This document shows positions 25,140 to 37,022 of a stretch of DNA of 64,000 bases, in pieces (positions within the stretch are counted from its first letter, which is position 1; each line of letters starts with the position of its first letter). Origin of the DNA: Macrostomum lignano (lineage: Eukaryota); contig NIVC01003237.1 of NCBI GenBank assembly GCA_002269645.1, positions 13,621 through 77,620 on the forward strand. Direction: 5' to 3'. The position numbers were made by a program, and so were the translations under genes. The notes under the pieces were generated by a model. That model made no database searches. It was given only the letters and a program-made list of their open reading frames with translations, and was not told where the DNA came from.

Positions 25140-27886
25140 AATCAAGGACTACTAAATTCTACAGCAGCAAAATCTTATTGCTTATCTCACTCAGACAAAC
25201 TTTGCTGGGAAAGTTTGCTATCAAAAAACAGCAATTATACATAGTCACTATCCTATTCTATAAAATTAGATTATTTATAATTGATGCTGTCTCTTGCTAA
25301 TAATGTTTTTTATATAACTAATTGCAAAGATGAATTTTTGTGAATAGTAGTATATAAGTAGGTGTATAATATACATAGATATGACCAATATACAAATTAG
25401 TATAAATAATTTATTGTCCATTGAAAACTATACAGTGTATATAGTAAATGCTATATGTAGGTCTATACATGTGCAATAGCCAGCTGGCTGGTGAGAGGCC
25501 AAGCCAAGGTAAATCACAAAAAATGCCTACCCAAAAATATAGATGTAACACTAGTTAGATGACAAGGCATCTAGCCTTAAGTCAAAGTTACTCCTATTGT
25601 TTACCCAAAATTATACTAATTTTTGCTTAGGTTCTTTTATAGGTAAGTCACATTTTTGGTCAAAGAGTAAGTTGCACTGCCAGTATAAATCAGGGGGGGT
25701 TGCACATGTATGTTGGTCTAGACCCAAAACTCTTACCCTATGCCTATGTGAACAATAAACCTAAAAATGTTGCTCTTTTAGAGTTAAGACCTAGGTCTTT
25801 TTAGTCAGTGATACTTGGGGCACGGAATGGCATATTTAAAAAACTAATTTAAATATTTAACAAAAAAGCCAAGCACATGAATAAGATATAATCATTTATC
25901 ACTTCTATTACTAGACATTAAAGGTAGTGAGAAACTAAAAATTGCCAATAATTTTTGGAATGTTTGGAAATCAAATCTTAATAATTGAATATAGTATAGT
26001 TGAATTAATTTGATATGTTTATTCTTTCTGTAATAAGGGGCATAGGCCTCAATTTTTACTTCTTAGAGAGTTGCATTTTAAAAGATTACTATTGTTATAT
26101 TACACAAATATTAAAAACATTTCTTATATTCAATATATTTTATATACTATATATCATTGTTTGTTTTAAAAAGTAATAGAAAAACTTTACTATAAAAGGA
26201 AGCCAGTTGAAAGCCAAGAAAAATAAACTTGTTTTCTTTTCCTTTTCTTGTTTAGTTTTTCAAAGCTTTTTTACTTTGTATACTCTACTAGGTATTCTAT
26301 TTGGAGACAAAAGTCAAATCAGCTTCAGGGCTTATAATTGCTCTCATGTTACTTATTTTGAGTAGTAGATAGCGACTTAAGAATAGCCCCAAGATTGGGA
26401 GAATTAAATCCATTCTCAAAGAATGAGATACCTAGATTTAGAATCTAAGAAATTGCTTTTAAAAGGCAGAAATCCTACCATAGGATAGAATAGTCTAGTA
26501 TCAAGTCTAAGAAACCTACCTCAAGGCAGAAAACCTAGTAAGTAAACTGTGAACCTCTGATCCTAGGAATGCCTAGGACTAAGAGAATAAAAATCCTTAG
26601 AGGAGTATAGGGATAGAGTAGACAGTGCCATAAGACTACTTAGGCTAGAAGTATAGTACATATACATATGCTACCACATACATACCCAATACCCATTTGA
26701 CCCATCCAAACTAGACAGGTGAAATGGCCACTGGCCAAGTAAGTTGCAAAATCAAAAATGCAAAAAAATGAAAAATTAGGGGAAGAAAGAAAGGAGATGA
26801 AGAGAAAGGAGAATAAAGGAAAGAGACAAGAGAGAGGGAAAAGAGGAGAGAGAAAGAGAAAGAGAGAAGAAAAGAGAAAAAGGCAAGAAAAGTCATATAC
26901 AAAATGAAAATTAAGTCACAATCGGGGGAACTAAATTACAATTGAGAGGAACTAAGTCATAAATCTGGATAAAACTAAGTCGCACTGGATGGATAAAATT
27001 TTGAGGTTAGGCATGTATGTGCTACCAATAGATAAATTCATGCGCTACCAATAAAAGTATATAACTAACAGCAGTAAGATCATTTCAAAGGATAGAAATT
27101 AGCCCTATTACAACTTTTGGTATCTGATCAGCAACAGAATAATTTAGATAGAAAGCAATTATTAGTACAAAACTTGGTGACAGATTAGTTGTTTGGGTGA
27201 CAAGATGTTTTGGTAACAGTTGTTTCTGTGACAAGCAAAAATCAGCAATAGCCATTTTGTTTTTAAATAGTAAAATTACTTGCAAATATTAAGGGATATC
27301 AAAACTTAAACTTTTTGTAATTTTCTGCAATCGTTGAATATTGTTTTGTTTATTTACAATTCGTAGTTGTGATCTTTTGAATTTATATTTTTTCTAATCC
27401 TATTCCAATTGTGTCTAGTGAATATCTCTACTTTTCTCATAGTTAGCATTTTATGAAGATTCTCTATAGATTTATGGTTTCTATGTCTGAATGACTAAAT
27501 ATTCTAGGACAATTCAAAATTATCTGCACAGAAAGAAAACCATTAGTTTGGTTTCTTTTCCTACATATAATAATCTTTCAATGGAAATTTTCAAATATGA
27601 ATGAAATATAAATCTTAACAAAATAACTTCAAGCTGATATTATGAAGCATCTCCTGTCACTAAAATGACTAGTTAATGAAGACAAAGTCTTTTCGCCCCA
27701 GTGAGCTTTGGGGTTGGAATTTTATAATGCCTAGTGTTGTATAGATTATTTAAAGACTTTCAAGGCATTATTAACGCTGATGCTCCTAATATTTTGTGTC
27801 GTGTCATATATAAAGTTAGCCTAATAGATAAAGTAGGGCGAGAGTTGTAAAATGTCTCTAATGTCAAATGATTTATAGGAAGGGAA

Positions 27887-28664
27887 TAGGGATGTCGATT
27901 CCCCAGGGAATTATCTTATTGGGGACCCCGGTGAAAAGAAAAAAATAAGTAAAAACAACAGATAACTTAGATTGTAAGTGGAATTTTTTAAACTTTGATT
28001 TAAGCTTTGTACTACATGTTTAAGGCACAAGGGTAAAAACTTTAAACAATGTTTTTTAAAACTGTATTTGACAATGTGGCATCACGAAATTGTGTGCGCA
28101 CCTTTGTTGGAAAGGTGCATTTGTTAGAATGCATGCTAAACAGCTACGCTCGTGAGAGGATAATTAATGAATGAGACTGTTTTTATAATCAGAATTTTTA
28201 TTTCTTGCAGATATATGTAAATCACCATTTTGTCCTTGTCTAATAGGGAGTATATGTATGACACCCCCCTATGCATCAGTGCCTGACGCAGGACGCAGCA
28301 CTACGCCTGTGTCAAATGCGTCAAGCCGTCAATGCAGACCAACACAGTAGTCAGTAAGGCTTCTTTTTCCTGATGGGTTTCTTTTCTACATGCAATTTGC
28401 TTTATTGAATGATTAATAGTGAAAAAACAATCAAATGTGTGTTATGTTTGAAATACATGTAATATAAATAAGCAATTATGTGGTAAAAGAGCATAGACAG
28501 AGTTTCAATCAGCTTTCTGTGAATCAATTTCTTATTTTAATGGCAAAAATTAAGTTTCAAATGCATTTTTTAATATTTTTTCTCCCCAGGGTCCCCGGTT
28601 CAATTCCCCGGGGAGTATTCCCCGACAAGCTCCCCAGGGAGCACTCCCGGGGTCAACATCCCTA
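27887..28664. mobile_element. Non-autonomous hAT-type DNA transposon, 778 bp
   Basis: TIRs TAGGGATGTCGA / TCAACATCCCTA (11 of 12 match), flanked by the exact 8-bp TSD GAAGGGAA at 27879-27886 and 28665-28672; CCCCGGGG-like subterminal motifs. Confidence 0.9.
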
Positions 28665-29363
28665 GAAGGGAAACTACGAGCATAAGTTCTGCAACACAAA
28701 TACAAGTAGCTAAGCATTAATAGATGCACTGCACCGATAAAATGTAATGGAATTGCTTGAATCACCGACACCAAGACCCATAAAACTGGAGAAACTGGCA
28801 GGATATAGCAGATACATCATACATGTAGGTCAGAATCAGAAGTGATAGGTAGGTGGGTCAAGTGATCATGGGTTCAACCTCAATTGTATTATTCCTTCTT
28901 AATCTTATGCAATTAATTGTACATTTGGTATGAAGTAACAGTAATTATCCTTGACCATGCTAGAGTAAAGACAAGTCAAAGTCAAGTTAATAAAAATAGA
29001 CACACACAGTGTAACAATAACAATGGTTTAAAGCCATTTTTCTTGTCAATGTTTGTCTTTGTATATACATGTACATTGGGAAGACTTATCTGGACCCAAT
29101 CCCTTCTTATTCTACATGTACACTATTTTGGGTATGGGGGTTAGAGTTGGGCCGTCTGACACCCCCCCTACCATAGTGGACTGGAGAGAAGCACATGCTA
29201 TCGCTATTGGCTAGCCTGTCATTCTCTTTCTCTTTACCTTTTGTCTTGTGTAGGGTACACTATGCAATGCACAAGGCCCAACTTTCCACTAAAGGAAGGT
29301 TCATATAGTCCGCCTATGGGCCTCTCGCTTTCGCGTACACTCAAGGCCACTCACTCTCAACAC

Positions 29364-29659
29364 CATACATGCGCAACCTCCAAAATTCGGTCAGCCGTGC
29401 GACTTGGTTTTAACAAAAAATGCGACGTAGTTTTTGGCCAAAAATGCGACTTACCTGTGAAAGAAACCTTAAGCAAAATTAACGCAATTTTGGGTAAACG
29501 GCAGGAGTAACTATGACTGTCTTATAAGGGCTAAATGCCTCGTCATCTAATTAGTACTACATATGATTCTTTTGGGTGGGCATTTTTGCGACTTACCTTG
29601 GTTGGCCGCCAAATCGGTCGGCCGGATCGGCCGACTCGGCCGACTGTTGCGCATGTATG
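29364..29659. mobile_element. 296-bp MITE (8-bp TSD class, hAT or P superfamily) containing a 28S rRNA fragment
   Basis: Perfect 14-bp TIRs CATACATGCGCAAC (29364-29377) and GTTGCGCATGTATG (29646-29659); exact TSD CTCAACAC at 29356-29363 and 29660-29667. Confidence 0.92.
29492..29555 (+). other. 64-bp fragment of the conserved 28S rRNA R2/I-PpoI/Pokey target region (not a functional rRNA gene)
   Basis: GGGTAAACGGCAGGAGTAACTATGACTGTCTTATAAGGGCTAAATGCCTCGTCATCTAATTAGT against the recalled eukaryotic 28S consensus GGGTAAACGGCGGGAGTAACTATGACTCTCTTAAGGTAGCCAAATGCCTCGTCATCTAATTAGT: 56/64 identical ungapped. Confidence 0.92.
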
Positions 29660-30765
29660 CTCAACACCAACCACTAGAGGCTTGTTTTAAATAATCAATT
29701 GATAATATTAAATGTACACTTGAAAGCTTGCTTTGGATCCTAACAGAAGGGGGAGAAAGTGGCCAAGGCCACCACACCCCACAAGGCAAGCAGGCCAGCC
29801 AGAGTGCGATAACGAATGACAAAAAATAGAAAAGTACAATTTACACTTCAACTTTCAATACAATAAATACAATAATAGGTACAGTATTAATGACAGTGTA
29901 TTTTCACACAAAGTAGCTACGTTCAAACCACCACCATGTAAACAGCTAAAATTTTACTGTTTTTGAAATTTTATAAAATTTAACACATCATTTTAGATAT
30001 TGAAAACTTTTAAAGGAGGGTATTACTGTTGCATGTGACTATAAAATTGTGGTAGGTATAGCTGATGATGAAACTGGTGATTGGTATCTAGCTTTTTTGA
30101 TAACTTAGCCGGTTAGACCCCGAAATAGCTATTGTAATTTGTAACACTGGAGCCAAATATAAATACAATGGAGCAATTAGTTTCTCTCAAATCTGTCTCT
30201 GCCAGTGCCAGTTTAGTCCATAGTAAGTAACCAAAGTAAAATACCCATTAGTGAGTCCTGTTTCTAATGTTTATAAATATTAAGCTTCAATTTACTTTTG
30301 GCACAGTATGCAATTTTGAAAATTCACCTTAACAACGGTTTGCACCAGTAGGAAAGCAACTATTTTGTTGTTGGAAATCGGATTAAGCAGTCAAAAGAGT
30401 GTATTTCTATGAAAAAATGTACTTTTTTTCCATTTTTTCAATTATTTAAATAGGTTTCGCTTTTTCAATAAAAAATCATCACAGTACCTTAAAATACAGT
30501 TAGTTTGGAATTAAATGACGGTGTTGAATTGTTTCTTCCATATTCCAAAAATTATAAAGAGCACTTTTCCTCAAATCAGTTTGAGATCATGATTTTTAGT
30601 CTTTTATCGATAACTTTCTGATTTCAAATGTTTAAGAATTAAAAACTTCCACACTTGTGCATCTTTGAATTGCGTATCGATTGGTGCATAGTATGTATGC
30701 TTAACTATTAGCAGTATAGAAAAAAATGCAAAAAACTGTAAAAGTACATTATCAATTTTTGCATT

Positions 30766-31056
30766 GGCTAGAGTTCTGGCACCGGAACCCATTTTCTAAC
30801 AGCTATGGATCCGGCAGTGGTATTCCAGTAGTGCAATTTATGGGTATGTATAATATAGCAGAAACATTTTACTTTTTTTAACGGGTTGTTGATATTGGGA
30901 TTTTGCTCAAGATAAGATCAAAACAAAACGATGAGATTCAAAACAAGATACTTCTAAGTTCTGATGTTCAAAGACTTCATTAGTAGATAACTGCCTGCAA
31001 AAGACTGCCAGATCCATAGCCATTAGAAAACAGGTTCTGGTGCCAGAACTCTAGCC
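30766..31056. mobile_element. MITE-like element, 291 bp, with ~53-bp imperfect TIRs
   Basis: GGCTAGAGTTCTGGCACCGGAACCCATTTTCTAACAGCTATGGATCCGGCAGT (30766-30818) is the near reverse complement of 31004-31056. No unambiguous TSD. Confidence 0.7.
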
Positions 31057-32314
31057 ATAACCTTTATAAAGACATAATCTTAAGACAAACATTTTAACTG
31101 AAGCCTGTTCCTTTTTTCTACAATGAATCCATACAAAACTATACTTGTTAAATAGGGCCTAGATCAGATTCTTTTCTTTAAAATGACACCTCACTTGTGA
31201 AATTTGCTCTTGTAGTTTTGAAGTTAAAACAGTTTTTGTAAGATTTTTCTTGTCAATTTTTTGATGCACACATCTCATATTATTATATTTGTCATAAGCC
31301 AGACCACCCAATGCGCTTCGCGCATTGGCTGGCTGTTTGTTTCTCATGCTTGGCACTTTGTGCCTCGCGCATTTGCTCCACTCACCCCACAAGGGTTTGT
31401 GGGTTTTGCGGAGCTCACTGGGAACTAGGGCCTATACTTTCATTTATTTTTTTATCAAAACTATACACTTTTTGCAATTGTTCACTAAATTAGGATAAGC
31501 AAAATTGTTATTAGCAAATTACAAATTTATAAGTTTGGCAAGCAAATATTATAGACCTAATTCAAATCTTTATGGCAAACTATAACAAGTGTTTATAACC
31601 CTATCTAATATCCTAGGTATTTATTATCATACTCTATATAGTCTATACAAGGTTTTACAAGGTATTTGTAAATATAGTGCTAAAAGAAAAGATTATATTA
31701 GAGTATCTATAATTAAATACTTAAATAATTAAATATTCGTTTAATTCCAACACCCACCCCCCACCACCCTTGAATAGAGGGCGAAATAATTCCGGAAATA
31801 ATTAAACGAACGAAACTTGAAGATTGCCAATCATTTTTGTCTGTAAAAATCCAATTTAAAATCAACCCTGATGCTTAGCTCAATGCTGTCAGCTATTAGG
31901 AGCTATTGAAAAACAAAGTGCTACCATGGCTAAATCAGCACTACTTAAGTGACCAATATATAATATTCTAGCAACAGCAAGATGGTGCACTTTCATATAC
32001 TGCAATAACCATATAGACCTTCCTGTGAGAAAATTTTGCTAATTACTAGCCAAAGTACTTCTGGTCATCTTAATCTACTGGAATATTATTTCTAAGTACA
32101 AGTAGAGCACAATGTGTTCATTCTTTAGAATGAGCAGCAATTATACAAAAGAAAAAGAAAATTCCGAAATGATTGTAATTTTGTGTAAATAAGTACTTTT
32201 TAAATTTTATTCAGAATCAGAAAATTAACAAATGCCACGAATGCAATTTAACAAATAGGAAAAATCAAAATGGTTTCTAGTCTATGGGCATGAAGTTTTT
32301 TCACCTTTTTTCAG

Positions 32315-32477
32315 TGCTTTATTTTAAGCTTTTTTTGCTTTATTTTATTAAATATGAATCATGAAATTTGTTATTCTGCATAGATTCTCTTCATGTGAAG
32401 AAGAATGTTAAATTTGTCCAGGACACTTCCTAATTTATATTTAATAAAATAAAGCAAAAAAAGCTTAAAATAAAGCA
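32315..32477. repeat. Perfect 41-bp AT-rich inverted repeat with an 81-bp spacer (foldback or MITE-like)
   Basis: 32315-32355 is the exact reverse complement of 32437-32477. Confidence 0.85.
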
Positions 32478-32672
32478 GTTTACTGGTAGATTGTTAGGAA
32501 TAAACAAATTTAATGCTTGTTCCTACGATTCGTACGACAGAAACTAAAGTGTCTGTAGAAGTGTCTGAATAAGTGTCGGCGAATGTTTCATACGTAACAA
32601 CGACTCTATAAGAATCTGTCAAAAGTTAATTATTAATTAATAATTTTACTTAATACTATAAAGGTAATAGTA

Positions 32673-32853
32673 CAGTGGTCCTTGCGTCTAGTTTCATACA
32701 CCAGTCAACCATTTTAGCATTTTAAATCATTAGTTTTGACCTGTTTGATTCAATAAAACGATTCAGGCTATGCTCGGCGCTCGCCTGTGCAAAATTTCGA
32801 CGTTCTCCGACGTACATGTAAATTATCCGACGTACCCGAAGCAGGGACGACTG
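32673..32853. mobile_element. Tc1/mariner-pogo (Tigger-like) MITE, 181 bp
   Basis: TA|CAGTGGTCCTTGCGTC ... GAAGCAGGGACGACTG|TA: imperfect TIRs (3 mismatches) with a TA TSD. Confidence 0.6.
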
Positions 32854-35800
32854 TACAGTTATATACAGTGGCCCTTGACCCAAAGTTGATGGACGTCGCT
32901 GGTAAATAGGTATTTTATATTGCGCCAGCGCCGATGACGACGTTTCCCATTTTCCAGTGACATTACGTACTATGTAAGCCGACGTCGGATAGCTGTACAT
33001 ACATGATATCGTCGTCTATTACATGTATGTCCATGCATATAGTTGCACAAGCCTCACAATCATGCAATTCTGCAAGGACTACTTAAATTAACCAGTGAAG
33101 TAGACTAAACGTGGGCCATTCTATAACTATACTTTAGCATGCAGTCCTCAATTGTGCTAAGCAGAAATTAAAGGCATTAAATATTGATATATGTCTTATA
33201 TGTACATGTACATATAGTATATATGGGGCCGAGAAATATAGAGCCTATCTACATGTACATGTAGGCATCATATGTATATGGGCCCAAATAGCAAAATGAT
33301 AGACAAGTTTAATGCTATAAAAGGTTATAGGGAGCTGGCCACATCATCTCATCTGACGATTGAGGACTTCGCAAAATAAAGTTATTGCACGTAACTGTTG
33401 TACTACATGTAAATTTATATTTTTAGTTGCTGGCTGCGACAGGATCTCAGAAGTACACAATGTCTTTTCTCAATACTTGGACATGTACGTATAAACTCGT
33501 ACATGTTCATACTTAATTACAAGAGCAGCCATAATTGAAATAAAAATGTACATTTTTCATTTACATGTATGCTTATCGTTTATTCTCCTATAATTTCCTG
33601 CTATTTTGAGTCTAGCCTAGTTATACATTATATACGCTACGCTACTTGAAAACTGCATACAGACTTACATATGTACATAATGTAACATGTACATTAAACA
33701 ATAAAGCAGGATTAAGAGCATACATTGGTTAGCAAACTTTGGCAAGCAAGCTTTTCCCACAAACAATTGTCGTACTCCGTGTGCGGGCTAAAAGTCTCGC
33801 CTGCGACGCCAAAAGGAGTGGGGTGTCCATGTGCATGTACATGCGTAGTCCTAGATAATGGGATCAGTACGCTATATATATGCTCTTATATTAGTTTCAA
33901 GAAATTAGTTAGTTAGTTAATTAGTTTCAAGAATTAGTTTCAAGAAATACTTTTACATTTATTTTAATGGCCTCTTCCTACTACGAGTATAAAAGCCATG
34001 GCTCTTGTGGGTTCACCAAAAATTTTCCTCAATATCTTACATGTACATACTCGTACATACGTAACAGTATTTTTATTTGCCGCAACTTAATTGCTCGTAA
34101 ATCAACCTGATAATTGGCTGTGCAACTGTGTTTTTTATTGATTGCTGCTGTCGTCAGCTGTGACATGTGTCGATAAACAAGTATAAATCATGCAAATGCG
34201 AGTTGTCACCCTTGCTCAAGGTGATAAATATCAGATAATGCATGTGTTACTCAGAATATGCTGGCTACTTATAGTCGCACACAGCGAGTGAGATTTAGAC
34301 CCCCCTTCTGTCCCATTACTTGCCTAAGCTGCCTGACCAGGCAAGGCGGTTTTCAACATTTTCAACCGGTTATGCTAAAGCAATTAATCAATATACGCTT
34401 GTGTGCACTGAAATTCTGCGCGACAGCAAACCGCGTGTCCGAGGGCGAACAGATCGAGGGGGGTTCCAGCGGTTCCGCAGTCGAACGCCGATGCGTCAGA
34501 AAAAATCCCAGTCGAGTTGAAGCTACAGAATCCCCTAGGCGTGCCCATGGTATATATAAGCTCTCAAAACAGACCGCGCGCAGTCGGAAAAAATCCAGAA
34601 GATTTTGAGGAAGTGCCCACCATTGAACGCTGGCTCCCAGTTGGTTGACTGTCTGGTCTATAAAATCCGTTGTTGTTCCCTCCCCGCGGTGGCTGGCTGG
34701 GCGGCCAACCCCTGCGGCCATAGACATAGGGCAAGTCGCCCGCGGCCTATATAAGTCTTCAACTGTTTATACTCCGCCCCGCCGGACCATTGCAGCCCCA
34801 ATATATTTGCATTCGGCCTTGCAGTTGCACTCGGACTTGAAAGCCGAGGGACCAAGAGAAAGAGGGGGAGGGGGCGTTATGATGTAGAACAACAACAGAA
34901 TTCATCAGCTGCTGCGGCGCAACACACACTCTCCTTCCCGTGACTTTTGCTTGGAATTTCTTTATATACTTTTTTTCTGCTTTAAGGCGCTGTGTTCAAA
35001 ACGCGCTTACAGCAAAAATGCAGATAGATAAAGAAGAGAGAGAGGCATCAACCCCCACGCAGAGCCAACTGGCGCTCTGCAATATAATTTTGACAGGGAT
35101 TTAGTCCCTTCGGATTCGGGAGATTCTCTGTTTTTCAAAAGCCACGGAACTGCACTTTAATAGCGCGGCGATCTGTTGGTGGCAGCATCAATTTTTTTAC
35201 CGATTGTGCAGCTGCGCATTCTTGTTATGCCCGCAGTTGTTTTGTTTCCCTGCGCAAGTTGATTGACTAAAAAAGGCAAACCTGTGCTAAAGCGATTCAG
35301 TTTTGATAGGCATCGGGCTTCGACAAAGTCCGAGAAGATTGTGCAGCAATTCGACTTGTCAGGCTTAGCCAGATCTGACAGCCGATCTTGGATGACTGGC
35401 GTCTACTTTGCCTGTTGAAGGGCATTTCTAGAATTTTGATGGTCAAAACCTTTTTGAGACATTTTGATCAAATAAGTTTTGAGGTGCATCCAAGGACTAC
35501 TCCATTGGGAAACTACGTTTCTTAGAAACTGTTTACGACACTGGTTTTCGCCGAGAAATACACTAAGGAGATAGGAAGTTTTTTTTCAGCACAAAAATTG
35601 TTATTGCATTCGATAGGAGGCAAACCCAATGTTCATGTTTAGATAAGTTGTGCCTTTTTTATAGCTCAATAATTGCATACAATTGCATATGTTCTGTGCC
35701 TAAAATCCTTTAAATGGCACGGCTCAGCTCATTGGTTTTATGAATATATTTTTTCATTCTCAGCTGACTGTAACAATATGTGCATCAGAGATGATAAAAT

Positions 35801-35964
35801 GGATTCATAAACCAAAGATTCGACCAAAAGTGCCATGCATTTTTATGATTTTTAGGTACAGGAATTGTACGTGTAGAATAAAAAATTGACATTGATAATT
35901 GATGGAGGACCTTGGCGCAGCAGCACCTTCAGCGACATCGTCCCACAACCAGTGCTGAGGCAAT

Positions 35965-36240
35965 TCTGCCCATTCCGCTGACTCCTGAGCACACACAAGA
36001 GTGTCAATACTGTACTCAGGCACAGCACTCATGCAAACGCTCACACAGGGTGTACAGCGGCCCTGGCTTCCTAATCGTCACACATGTACACTCTCCGTGC
36101 CTTGGTGATGGACCCTCTCATTTTTCGCGCACAAGCCTCAACTGAATGCGGCCGGACACGGAATCAAACCAGGGGGGGGGGGTTGCGACGCGAGAGTCAA
36201 AACGAGGCAAGGCGTTGACAGCCGAGCTGCTCTCTGCCCC
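35965..36240 (-). mobile_element. tRNA-derived SINE, family B, copy 1
   Basis: On the minus strand: degenerate A box, B box GGTTTGATTCC, and the body GGGCCGCTGTACACCCTGTGTGAGCGTTTGCATGAGTGC...CTCAGGAGTC shared with 43290-43505. Confidence 0.7.
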
Positions 36241-36267
36241 TTTGTGGCCTGGATGAGGGTTTGGCAG

Positions 36268-37022
36268 ATTGAGATCCAGGGGCGGCGGATGTACTGTTGA
36301 CCAGCTGATGATCAGCGAATTAACTCCGATAACGGTAAGGCCCCCCTAGAGCTAAGCAGACTTTAGCTTGACAAGATTCTATAGAACCTATAGCTGGACT
36401 AAGAGATTACCAAAATCCGACTGTTTTCTTAGAGCCGCGGCAACAAAAATTGATTTGCGATTGGCGTTTCGAACACAATGTAGTCTGCCAATAATCCCTC
36501 TCGTAAACCGGTTGTAGGGGGGTCTAGAATTTATTCTTAGCAAAACAGCGCAGTGCAAACTGTGCAACAGGTTCTGCTGACGAAAATACTATAAATTTTA
36601 GTGCAAAAGCGATAGAAGAAACATTGCTAAAGCACCTAAGAGTACTACACTTGTCAATGCCTTCCGATTGCTGGCTTTTGGCTTTCAAAATTCGCACTAA
36701 GCTTCTACTTGGCATGAAAAAAAATGTTTATTGGCTTCGGCCTTGCGTGCACTCGTCCCTCTCCTTACAGAAGTTCGATGATGAAGGTTTGCGAAATGCC
36801 AACCAACCCGGGACAGCTTCTGATGAAGGAGACTTAACTCACTATAGTAGGGCAGTGAGTAAAAAAATCCACACATCTCTTCACTGTCTTATTTCTCAGC
36901 TTCAAGAAAAGCTCCGTCAGTTCAATCAAGGAGGCCCTGAACCAGAGCAACTGTTCAGCTTACGCAACAAAGATAAGCGAGCGTCTGGGTCATTTTTTAA
37001 TAAACGATTTTTTTCGGGCTAG
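36268..37022 (+). CDS. Possible exons of an unrecognised gene (36268-36334, 36771-36854, 36900-37022)
   Basis: Phase-compatible GT-AG junctions (ACG|gtaagg, ccttacag|AAG, GCA|gtgagt, 45-nt intron, ttctcag|CTT) give LRSRGGGCTVDQLMISELTPIT-KFDDEG...HYSRA-LQEKLRQF...FFSG*. No domain recognised. Confidence 0.3.

Noticed and set aside
29492-29555. 28S rRNA gene
   Set aside because: Only 64 bp match, and they lie inside a MITE; the flanks are not rDNA.
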